Origin: Octopus vulgaris
Taxonomy: Eukaryota
Length of the DNA stretch: 64,000 nt
Direction of reading: 5' to 3'
Assembly (NCBI GenBank): GCA_951406725.2
Contig: OX597822.1
Location: 84,754,001-84,818,000, forward strand
Below the pieces are notes generated by a model, which saw nothing but the letters and a program-made list of their open reading frames with translations, ran no database searches and was not told the origin of the DNA. Below, in pieces: positions 52,843 through 64,000 of the stretch. A program made the position numbers and the translations under genes. Numbering within the stretch: the stretch's first letter is position 1; each line of letters starts with the position of its first letter.

Positions 52843-54223
52843 GAAGCAAAGAGATAAGCTGCAGAATTACAGTTGATACTAACCTTAGTCTAACTAATTT
52901 TCTGTATATTACTTTAAATTTATAGACAAGCACATTTCACAATTACTGAAAATATATAGAAAATTTTTTCATTAAAATAAAGATTCGAAATAACATTCTA
53001 CAATTCAAAGAAATTCAGTCCACAATTTTCGTAAGCTTGCACCGTTTTTAGTTTCATTAGTATTTCTCATTGTTTTATCGGGGCATTTCACAATGGTAGC
53101 TTTTCAGATACAACATACGTCCGTTGCTAATGTTTCTATATATAGGATAGATCTGGAATGATATAACTTAATCCAGTTCTTAATTTAAACGTTCGCATCC
53201 ATTTGCTAGAAACTAAATATTTTATAATTTTCCAATAAATATTAGACATAGGCGCAAGAGTGTCTGAAACAAGTAAAAGATAAAAGTCCATAAACATTTT
53301 AATAGATATTTGGTTACTGTTAGCGAACCTTTTTGTAAAGATTTATTGTAGCTCCCTTAACTATTTCAGTATCAGAAACCTTTCCAAACGAACAATATAG
53401 TCATTTTTGCTTGCAATTGCTTGATCTATGACTAATTTTTCACCTTACGATAATTTTGCTTTTGTTGTCGAAATGTATTAATTTATCATGCTAAAGTTCA
53501 ACTCAACAATAACAGTGCAGTGGGAATTAGACTGGCCGGAACTTTAAAGTTCGTTTTATCAACATTTTCAAACATTCAGGAAATCTGAAAAAGAAAAATT
53601 GTCTCAAGTCTCCGAAACACTTGATTTCAAAATCAAATGTTTCATTTTCGGCCATTTTCCCTGATGGTCTATATAAATATATACGCATGTGTATCTACAC
53701 ACAAACACACGCGCACACACACACACACACACACAAACACACACATGCACATAGACGTATATATAAATATGTGTATGTATATGTGTGCGACTGTGTCGTG
53801 GTGATGCATATGTGTACTATGTATAGATCAATGTATAACGTGGGGTACGGGGTATACATTCTTTGAAACAATAAGATATCTAAAACAATGAAAAGTGTAT
53901 GTTAATATCTTAATAGAAACTAGTAATGGCTTACTCATCTCAAGCGTACAAACACACAAATAATTACTCATGCACACTTTCAAATTTATACTCAGGAAAT
54001 CTACACACACGCATGCGCGCACATGTCCACATAGTCACGCACAGATATAATAACCTCATACATTCTTACATACCTATAAAGCACTTACACAAGCGCAAGG
54101 ATATTTATATTCATAAAATCGAACACACTGTAACCACACTCAGAAAATTACACACTCAAGCATTAATACACACACACACAAACATACATACATACACGCA
54201 CACACACACACACACACACACGT

Positions 54224-54274
<51 letters not shown>

Positions 54275-54804
54275 GGTATAGGTATAAGAAAAAACGCAAA
54301 TGTGGTTTAACAATTTACGACAGTTGTTTCGGAAGAATTTTATCGATGCATGCATATAAAAATTATATCATAACATAAAATCCACCATCTTCAGGTAAAA
54401 TTTTAAACAGGTATAGATAGGTGAGATAAATCCTTGATGATGACGAATCGAACCAACGTATTGGATATACATCAGTAAAACTTATCGAAAAAGCTGTCGT
54501 AAATCTTAAATCTCATTTCTTTTCTTTCTATACCTACACAGCACCTAGAACCAGCCCTGAGTTGAATCTATGCTTCAAATTGGATTTAGTACTTAAACAT
54601 CTACAGTATTTTACCAACACATGATACCTTCATGGTTGTTTTACCTCACTGTGAAACCTTTGTTATTGCATCTAGCCATTTCAGGCGTCCTACGTGTTGA
54701 TGGGCCTAGATTCTAACGAATCCTAAAACTAATCTGTATATAAAGGTATGTATGCATGTGTACACACACACACACGTATATATATATATGTATATATATA
54801 TGCT

Positions 54805-54836
<32 letters not shown>

Positions 54837-54892
54837 TATATATATTATATATATGGATAATATATATGTATATATATATGTGCATATATATG

Positions 54893-54943
<51 letters not shown>

Positions 54944-54947
<4 letters not shown>

Positions 54948-55399
54948 CAATATGTTACATTACTCGGTAGTCAAGATAAAACTCTGAGTTTCAGATGCCG
55001 AAGTGGAAATCCACAACACCATCTCTTCGGTTATCTGGCTATTTGAAAACGTTATGAAAAAATACCGTTAAAAATGAAGGGAAATTACTCTGTTATAACT
55101 CTGCTTTGCCTGCGTACTTATACATCGCTCGCATTTTTCGTCGAAAAATGCGAGCGATGTATAAGTACGCAGCAAAGCAGAGTTATAACAGAGTAATTTC
55201 CCTTCATTTTTAACGGTATTTTTCATAACGTTTTCAAATACCAGATAACCGAAGAGATGGTGTTGTGGATTTCCACTTCGGCATCTGAAACTCAGAGTTT
55301 TATCTTGACTACAGTAATGTAACATATTGTATAGATAAATTTCCTCTATTTACATAATATTGAGGTCTCTTTCTTTCTTTTGTTATCTTACCGTTTTAT

Positions 55400-55401
<2 letters not shown>
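54944..55401. mobile_element. ~195-bp-arm palindrome (inverted pLTR pair) carrying an HHR-like motif in each arm
   Basis: Arms 54944-55140 and 55142-55333; right-arm motif AGATAA-CCGAAGA-GATG..CATC-T-GAAA-CTCAGAG-TT-TTATCT at 55243-55305; (TA)n flanks. Confidence 0.8.
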
Positions 55402-55444
<43 letters not shown>

Positions 55445-56012
55445 CATATACATACATAACATACATACGTTGTACATTTATAGGTACCTAAATATCTAAT
55501 ACATGTACATGTGTGTGTGTGTGTGTGCTTGCGTATATAATTAAATATAATACACATCCCATGTAATTAGACATGGCACAATTAGAGAGTCAAAGTATAT
55601 ATTCACATATCCACACATAAACAAATAAGGCCACTCCTACAAAAATATACAACCACACATACATGCATGCACATATACACATACATAAATATTCACAAGA
55701 TATCTTCTCAATCACACAGCGACATACAATCAACAGATATTCCATACATATCACGCCACAGTGAAAGTATGGAAGGCGTTAAAAAGTGAAGCTGGGAGTT
55801 TCCGTTACACAGGAATGACTATTACACGGTGAGCTTCGCCAGTTTTGGCCAATTGTTTATTCAAGGTTTGTGATGGCCCGGTCCCCGTTCTTAAAATAAC
55901 AATATTAGTTTCGTTGTCTGAGCGATTACCGTGGTCAGAGGTTAAGGGGGTTGATACTGTAATGCAAGCTGGGACGGGGGTGATCAACGGATCCAATTAC
56001 ACTTGCAATATA

Positions 56013-56081
<69 letters not shown>

Positions 56082-56147
56082 ATATATGTGGGTGTGTGTG
56101 TATGTATGTATGTATATATACATACATATATATATTTTTATATACAA

Positions 56148-56188
<41 letters not shown>

Positions 56189-56863
56189 CCTATATATAAA
56201 TAATATATATTATGTATATATACATATATATATATATTATATTATATATACATATAATATATAATATATATATATATATATATACAATATATATATATAT
56301 TGTGTGTGTGTGTGTGTGTGCGTGTATGTACGCACATACGTAAGTATGTGCGGATGGATGGATGGATTTGTTACAGATTCGGTGTATGAGAATGTACCTG
56401 CATATGTGTGTGCCTGTGGATATATATACGGGTATACATTTATGTCTACTGGAACGTTGTATATGTGGATATATATATATGACAAAGTATCAATATATAT
56501 GTATATATGCATACATATATATATGTGTGCGTGTGTGTGTATGTGTGCGTGCATGTGTATGTATGTCTGTGCGTGGGTATGTGTGTGTACGTACACGTGC
56601 GTGTATGTGTATCTGTGTGTGTGTGTGTGTGTGCGATGTGCGACCGTGCGAATGTGTGTGTGTGTGTGTGTGTTTAAGGAATGAAATCTGGCAAATAAGT
56701 CTGAAATCTAATTACTAGTTTTTTTTCCCCCTTTTTCTGTCAAATGTCTTTCAAATGTCCTGTGGCGCCATCAACCGCGAGAAGCACACAACAGCTGGGT
56801 TGGTGTTGTTGTTCAGTTTACGGGGAACGCAGAGAGGTACAAGTGGGTATGTATGTGTATATG

Positions 56864-56894
<31 letters not shown>

Positions 56895-57288
56895 ATGTGT
56901 GCGTGTGAGCATAAATAAAGATACATACACGCAAATGTATATAAATATACTTATACGTATATTTAAAAACATACATGCATTTAAGTGTGTGTGTGTATAT
57001 ACATATAATGTATTTATATACATATTCGTATCATATATATATAAATACGGACATCTGCATATATATTCATACATATACAGGCAATACATCTATATATAGG
57101 TTGCATCTATATTTATCTATACTTTACATACATAGTGTACATATATTATCCATACAAAAATATGCGTGTGTATGCACACAGGCAGCATTTTAATTCTATG
57201 GTTGTATGTGTATATGTATGCAAAAAAATATGTAAATATATATGTACGCACAGATACACGCGCACACACATTTGTATGCACATGTATT

Positions 57289-57362
<74 letters not shown>

Positions 57363-57368
57363 CATCTA

Positions 57369-57399
<31 letters not shown>

Positions 57400-57517
57400 C
57401 AATACATATATTGTTCAGAAACCGATCTTCTCTGTATAGAATACACTAGTGCTCAAGAGAGTTAAACTTGATCAGCTAGAGGAGTAAATGTAAGGACAAG
57501 GAAGTTAGGCGAGTTGA

Positions 57518-57853
57518 TATACAAAAAATATTCAATACATTTAATACAAAAATATGTTTACATATAAAAAGGTCCAACCTACACAGAATAGAAATAATAT
57601 CGGGAGTTAAAGGGGTTTTATGAGACCAACAGCTGTTTCTGGGGGTTTGGTGGTTCAAAATAATGATTGTAAATTGATTGCATTGTCGGATAATACCAGT
57701 CCCCGTCTTCAGGGAAGAAGTTTTCGATTTGAGGTGTTGACAGAAAGGAGATTAATTCCTGATATCATTTCTATTCTGTGTAAGACAGACTTTTTTTTAT
57801 ATGTAAACATATATACAATTTTTGTATTAAATGCATTTAATATATCTTGTATA
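57518..57853. mobile_element. Penelope-like pLTR relic: inverted repeat enclosing a minus-strand HHR (57624-57716)
   Basis: Arms 57518-57610 / 57752-57853; minus strand CTGAAGA-CGGGG..CCCCA-GAAA-CAGCTG-TT. Confidence 0.65.
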
Positions 57854-58542
57854 GGGGTTTTCTTTCAATATATATCGGCAGCTGCTCCTCTCTAATGCAT
57901 CGTTTATAATGGGATGTGGGCTTTGCCGAAGATCTTTCTTTCCTCGATTCATTGGAGATTCTTCTGATGATACATGTGACTAGGTTCCAAGGTTTCTAAT
58001 TGCAGGTCTGAAAGAGTTACCAGGCAGTGGCTCTCATGGCTTCTGACCGTAACTGATTGGATGTGTTATGTACATTGTTTTGTCTTGATATAAAAGATGG
58101 GCTACAGCAAATATTCTGCTCAGTACCACAGATTTCCTTGTCAGTTGTTTGACCTTAACCAGTTGAGCATGCCCCTTGGTGGCTTACGATATGTGCATCT
58201 CTGATCACGAGCAGAAGTAGTGGGGGAGCATCATAGCCATGTGTTGAGAGGAATTCTTTGAGGTTTAAATGATTCACCTTTGGAAACATGATTGTTTTGT
58301 TCAACATCCTTAAACAACCTTTATTGAGGGACCTTTTGAGTGGGATGGGCTACTTGACCAGAAGAAAATTCTAACTGGGCCCCACCTGCAAGGTCATGTG
58401 CTGTTTATCTTGATATGAGATCACCATGTCACAGATATGTGGTTGTGATGCATGTACCTAGTGTACCCTTATCAGACGGGTACTCATGATGGGTATGCTT
58501 GACTTCGTATATTTTTATCCCAGTGTTACTTTGGTGGCATGC

Positions 58543-58771
58543 GGGAACTGGCAGAATCGTAAGCACGCCGGGCGAATTGCACAGTGGCATTTCGTCTGCC
58601 GCTACATTCTGAGTTCAAATTCCGCCGAGATCGAATTTGCCTTTCATCCTTTCGGGGTCGATTAAATAAGTACCAGTTACGCATTGGGGTCGATATAATC
58701 GACTTAATCCATTTGTCTGTCCTTGTTTGTCCTCTCCGTGTTTAGCCCCTTGTAGGTAGTAAAGAAATAGG
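58543..58771 (+). mobile_element. SINE family B (first monomer + linker)
   Basis: Family B head and core ending at AAAGAAATAGG; GGCATGC occurs on both sides (possible TSD). Confidence 0.85.
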
Positions 58772-59345
58772 CATGCGCGGCCTCCCTTTTACATACACAC
58801 AAACATACATACATTCATGTATGTATGTATGTATGTATGTATGTATGTATGTATGTATGTATGTATGTATGTATGTATGTACGTACGTATTTGTATATGT
58901 ATGTATAAAGGCTCACAAATATATATATGTTCGCTACATTATATATGTAATAACTACTCATTCATTTCTATACATGTAGATTCTATTAAGAATTAGTCAA
59001 CTAAAATAACAAAAGAAACTACTTGCCAATGTACCGTATAGTAGGATCGAACTCAGAACTACATACTTGTGAGGGAAACAACTTAGCGGCTCGGATATAA
59101 TTCACTACAGTTAAGATATTTCCAGAAGTGTTTTAATTAGTCCAGCGTTTCTAATTACTTTCTTGTCTTTATTGTTTGTTATTTTTTAACATTTATTTCT
59201 CCCAATTATTTTAAATTTATATGTTTATGTAATTATTTGTTAATTGAGAGGGCGGTGAGCTGGCAGGAAAGGAAATATCTATTCTAATTGGTTGGCTTAA
59301 TTTATTTTCGCCCCTACTTTTCCGAATCGACTTCATTGTTTAATG

Positions 59346-59889
59346 CAGTGATTCTCAACCTTTTTAATATCCTGGATGCTTTTAAGGGGCCGCACAAAAA
59401 ATAAAATAAAATAAAATAAAACAAGAGCACTCAGAAAGCACAAACCTCCGCCAAGGCAACACCAACGTCCTCTCAACGATTAGATTTTTAAAATGAGAGG
59501 ATCTGAAATAAACTCGACTGCTCTCACAAACGAGAATACTAAAAATGAACCCGACCGCTCTCAAAAATTAAGTAAAAAAACCCCCAAAAAACAGGAAAAA
59601 TAATCCAGAATCTTTGTCCGGTACCAGATCGATCCCCAAACCTAATCAGTCCGTGCAAGTCACGAGGCCAAACATCTCTCAAAGTCTCATCTGAATCCAT
59701 CCAGCGGTTCTTGAGATATCTTGTCCACGGACAAACAAACATGACTGAAAACAATAACTCCGCCTTCGCTAAGGCGGATGCAATAAAACACAAGTCAATT
59801 TATATGTATAGAGGGAAGACCATTGAGGGCCGACAGAAGGATGCTTCATGGCTGGAAGAGGCCCTGGAAGCCGCGGTTGAGAACCACTG
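59346..59889. mobile_element. hAT MITE with perfect 8-bp TSD
   Basis: TIRs CAGTGATTCTCAACC / GGTTGAGAACCACTG; GTTTAATG at 59338-59345 and 59890-59897. Confidence 0.92.
59420..59784. mobile_element. Helentron-associated non-autonomous element (HINE/DINE-like) nested in the hAT MITE
   Basis: AACAAGAG-CACTCAG..ACCTCCGCCAAGG at one end; hairpin TCCGCCTT-CGCT-AAGGCGGA at the other (subterminal inverted repeat); A-run flanks. Confidence 0.7.
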
Positions 59890-60136
59890 GTTTAATGTAT
59901 CTTTAAAGCCATTTTTCTCTCTGTGTATTACTTTCAAACATGGGCGGTACCACAAATTTCAGTTGGTGCTATATTAGAATATATCAATTCCAGGTTTGGA
60001 TTGGTGCTTTATTTTATCGACCACAGAAGTAGAAAAAGCAAACTTAAGTCAGGAAGGATTTGAAGACACAATGAGCTGTAACTAAATGCGGCGTCGACAA
60101 ACTTGCCTTGCATTATCAGCGATTTTGTCCGATAAT

Positions 60137-60340
60137 GGCGGCGAGCTGGCAGTATGGTTAGTACGTGGGATAATATGCTTAGCAGTATTTCATCTAGTTC
60201 TTTATGTTTTGAGTTCAAATCGTGCCGAGGTCAACGTGGCCTTTCACCCCTTCCGAGGTCCATGAAATAAAAAGTACCAATCAAGTACTGGGATTCGATG
60301 CAACTGACTTGTCCCTCTCCTTTCAAAATTGCTGGCTTTG
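60137..60340 (+). mobile_element. SINE family B copy (diverged)
   Basis: GGCGGCGAGCTGGCAG...GAGTTCAAATCGTGCCGAGGTCAAC. Confidence 0.75.
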
Positions 60341-60564
60341 AACCCTGCAACGGATCAGTGTCCCAGTCAAGAGAAATGCTGTGAATATTGTTGCTGTTGT
60401 TTTAGTGGTGGTGATGATGGTGGTGTTATGGTGGTATTTCTCAGTTTGAGAACGGCTGCTCCAGCGATTCTACCAACTCCTTCGAATATTTAACCTGTGG
60501 CTCATCGAAAGAAAACAAGTTAACTTTTCTTTGCAATATGTATTTGTTCAGTTGTTACCGTCCA

Positions 60565-60679
60565 GGCGCAGAGTTGGTTCCGGGTTCACTCCCACAGCGT
60601 GGTACCTTGGGCAAGTGCCTTCTACTATAGCCGGTTAAATTCTTGCGGATGGTTTTGGTAGACGGAAACAGAAAGATGC

Positions 60680-60757
<78 letters not shown>

Positions 60758-60995
60758 GTGTGTGTGTTCGTGTGTGTGTTTGTGTGTGTGTGTGTGTTTG
60801 TTCGCCACTGCCACTTGACAGTCGATGTTGTTATGCTTACGTCCCTGTAAACTAGCAGTCCGGCAAAAGAGACCCTTAAGACAAAACCAGGCTTAAAAAA
60901 GAAAATAAGAAGTGGGGTGAATTCATTGGAATAAAAATTCTTTAAAAGGGATATCGTAGATTTGCCGCAGTCTAATGACTGACACAAATAAAAGA
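60565..60995 (+). mobile_element. SINE family A copy (diverged)
   Basis: Head GGCGCAGAG..GGTTCCGGGTTCACTCCCAC, internal (TA)n(TG)n, 3' module. Confidence 0.8.
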
Positions 60996-61342
60996 GGAAA
61001 GACATCAATATTCTTCAGGGCTGATTACACAGGAGACATTTTATACTCATTTTATACTTTCAAACACGAGGGTTCACCCCAGAAGAGAGTTTGTAGAAAG
61101 GAGTTACTCCTTTTTTTTTCATTTGAAATTAAAGAATTAAAGAATATGGAAGAAAACGGAAAGAATATACTTATTTAATTGTTTTTTTTTCTATTTTGCT
61201 TACTTATTACGGAGGATTAAAATTTTCTCTTTAGAAATAATCAGGTGGACATAGTATGAAAATGACTGTGTGTATACACACACACACACATACACACACA
61301 CATACACATACACATACATACATACATACATACATACATACA

Positions 61343-61378
<36 letters not shown>

Positions 61379-62379
61379 TGTATGTATGCATGTATGTATG
61401 CATGTATGTATGCATGTATGTACGTATGTATGTAGGTAGGTACGTAGGTATATACATGTAACACTTACTGTAAATAAAATCAAGGGTACGTAGTGTTCCA
61501 TTAATTAAGTTAAAAACATAAAAAATTCACAAACAAACGGAAAACTGACACAGATGGTCAGCAACTCATCAGTTATCAGCCAGAGGATCAAACGCAATTT
61601 CACGCCTTATGATAATATTGTTTCACTTCCGTTGGCGACAGCAACAAAAAGCTGCATGGAAATGGGACCAAGCAAACAGAACGTGAATGAACAAAACAAG
61701 ATATGAATAAACATGCAATACAGAAAGTCAAGTTCTAGATTAAACATTTTTTTACTTCACTTTCTGTCTTAATTCCTTGAGGTAAGGCGAAATATTGAAA
61801 TATTTAGTAACTTATAAAACACAAAGTCAATGTAAAGAAAAATATCTCGTTAACTCTACTCGAAAATGACATTGATGTATTGTTGTTGTTGTTGGTATTG
61901 TTTATTCCCAGTTTACCCCTGACCCAGTAAGCCTATGCTCATAGGCGTGACTTCTCCATTTTTTCATATGCATCCAGGGTTACATCATCTAACGTAGGGA
62001 TTCTCAACAAATATCTAGCAAGCAGCAATATAAAATTTAAGACTTTATAAAATCCATTGAGTGAGAAAGTGATTGTGGTGTGTTAGATGATCTTCTAATC
62101 GAAGCAAAGAAACTATGCTTCCATTGGTTTCCGTTGATATTATTTGTCGTTTGCATCTCTTGTTAGAAATGTCACTATATCTTGGTGATGGTATTTGAAC
62201 AGACAGTGCACAGAACCGAAACAGATGTTGCAATGTATCTCGCGCAACGCACCAAGAACTCTGTCTGGATTGGAATTTTTTGATTGGCCCTGAAATTATG
62301 AAAACCAATTTTGAACTCAGTAGGACTTAGACAAAGGGTGCAGATAGAGTACCTCACCCAAATAGTGCGTAGTTGTCTT

Positions 62380-63392
62380 TCTAATCCACAGCCAACTTGA
62401 CCAACACCCTGCACCCAGCAACTAAGCAATTTACATGACATAATTCTGAAACTTTGGTGTAAATTCATTCATAGTGTCATCTGAGTTGACATAAGATTTC
62501 CTAAAGACATCACTGATTAGTTTCGACATAACCATCTTCTACACACATATCCTCCATAGATTAGTATTAGTAGCTGTAGAAAACTAGACAGACAAACACC
62601 CACACAAAATTTAGGAGAGATTCCCAAAAGAATTTATACTTGAATGAATGCGGTTGGTAATTGAAAATAACTATTTCATATAACCAATATTGCCTTCAAG
62701 AACAAGGAACAGCAATGGGAACGAAGATTGCAACAACGACTGCAAGCAAATAGATGTTAATGTCTTTCTTTTGGAGAAACTCTCATAGTGAGGGTGAAGA
62801 CAAAAACAACCATAAATATTCCATTTGTTCTCGCCCTTAATCCTAGAAACGAAAATACCTTATATTCGGCTATATGATATCTTCCAATCATCAATCTAAG
62901 AAAAATGATTAAAGATTTACGAATTATCAAGAGCCGTAGACAAACTCCAATTCCTTAAAGATTTTTATCACAGGCGAAATTCATATCAGAGAAAGAAATA
63001 ATGCAGATAGTAAACTGTGGAGACTTTCGTTGTGGTACGTGCGAAATAATCGAACAAGGAACAACCAAAAAGTAAAGATTGGGATAGAATTGAAATTTAG
63101 TTCAAATGCGTATTACAAAACAATGACTCTCATTTCCTGCATCCCATGCCCACAACGCAATGAGAATTATATCGGCCATACAGGATCAAAATTGATACGA
63201 TAGATTAGGATGCATAAACAGCAAATCAAAAATTAATCTCTTTGAAATGTTGCATGTAGTGAACATCCAGACATTTGCGCAGATGGAAAATTCAAAATAT
63301 TTCCTTCTTACAAAAGAAAGAAAGATCATCAACTACGAAAGACAAAAGAATACTTAATAAGAATTCTTAATCAGAAACTAAACGAGAAATAG
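62380..63392 (+). mobile_element. Decayed Penelope-like element (RT + GIY-YIG)
   Basis: QQLSNLHDIILK; LISFDITIFYTHI; RFPKEFILE..RLVIENNYF; GTAMGTKIA; CGDFRCGTC; CIPCPQRNENYIGHTGSKL..IRMHKQQI..CSEH..C..KFKIFP..KLN. Many stops and deletions. Confidence 0.85.
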
Positions 63393-63429
63393 TCAACTGC
63401 GTCACTAAAAGACAATATATATATATATA

Positions 63430-64000
63430 TGACGAGCTTCTTTCAGTTTCCACTCACAGGATTTGGTCGGCCCGAGGCCATAGTAGAAGACACTTGCCCG
63501 AGGTGCCACACAGTGGGACTAAATCCGGAACCATGCAGTTGCTAAGCAAGCTACTTACCACACAGCCACTCCTGCGCCTATATATACATATATCTATTTC
63601 ACATGCATGCATACGTATATATATTTGTAACTACAAATATTCACAAGATTTTTAAAGTTTTTTGTACCTTATACAGGTGTAAGAGTGGCTGTGTGGTATG
63701 TAGCTTGCTTGCCAACCACATGGTTCCGGGTTCAGTCCCATTGCAAAGTACCTTGGGCAAGAGTCTTTTACTATAGCCTCGGGCCAACCAAAACCCTGTC
63801 AGTGGATTTGGTAGACGGAAACTGAAAGAAGCTCGTCGTATACATATATATGAATATGTTTGTGTATCTGTGTTTGTCCCCCACCCACCATCACTTGACA
63901 ACCGATGTTGGTGTGTTTACGTCCCTGTAACTTAGCAGTTCGGCAAAAGAGACCGATAGAACTAGGCTTACAAATAATAAGTCCTGGGATCGATTTGTTC
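63430..64000. mobile_element. Head-to-head SINE family A pair: - half (63430-63580) and + copy (63673-64000, runs off window)
   Basis: Family A head on opposite strands about 90 bp apart. Confidence 0.88.

Noticed and set aside
54425-54465. TTGATGA...GAACCAACGTATTGGAT inside a diverged inverted repeat (54280-54535)
   Set aside because: The core is too degenerate to call; possibly an old pLTR relic.
61535-61580. CTGATGA on the minus strand followed by a small hairpin
   Set aside because: No GAAA, helix III or NUH in the right position, so not a hammerhead.

Overview
AT-rich, microsatellite-saturated eukaryotic DNA with no recognisable intact host protein-coding gene. Almost all ORFs in the track are translated (TA)n/(CA)n/(ATT)n/(GAT)n repeats. 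The repeat landscape is consistent with a coleoid cephalopod, probably Octopus, in an intronic or intergenic region; this is my recognition, not a database result. Contents: dozens of copies of two tRNA-derived SINE families, and decayed CR1/L2, RTE, R4/Dong (REL endonuclease) and Penelope-like (GIY-YIG) retroelements. DNA elements are DD37D maT/mariner relics, hAT and piggyBac MITEs, a Helitron and a Helentron-type HINE. The most striking signal is about ten minimal type-I hammerhead ribozyme (HHR) motifs from about seven sequence families, each with a different palindromic helix III. Two loci (15823-16171, 43164-43640) are short non-coding elements made of a compact tRNA-like Pol III head, (AAT)n and an HHR-bearing tail. 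Both have Penelope-style inverted ends and target-site duplications, suggesting a ribozyme-carrying SINE mobilised by Penelope machinery.
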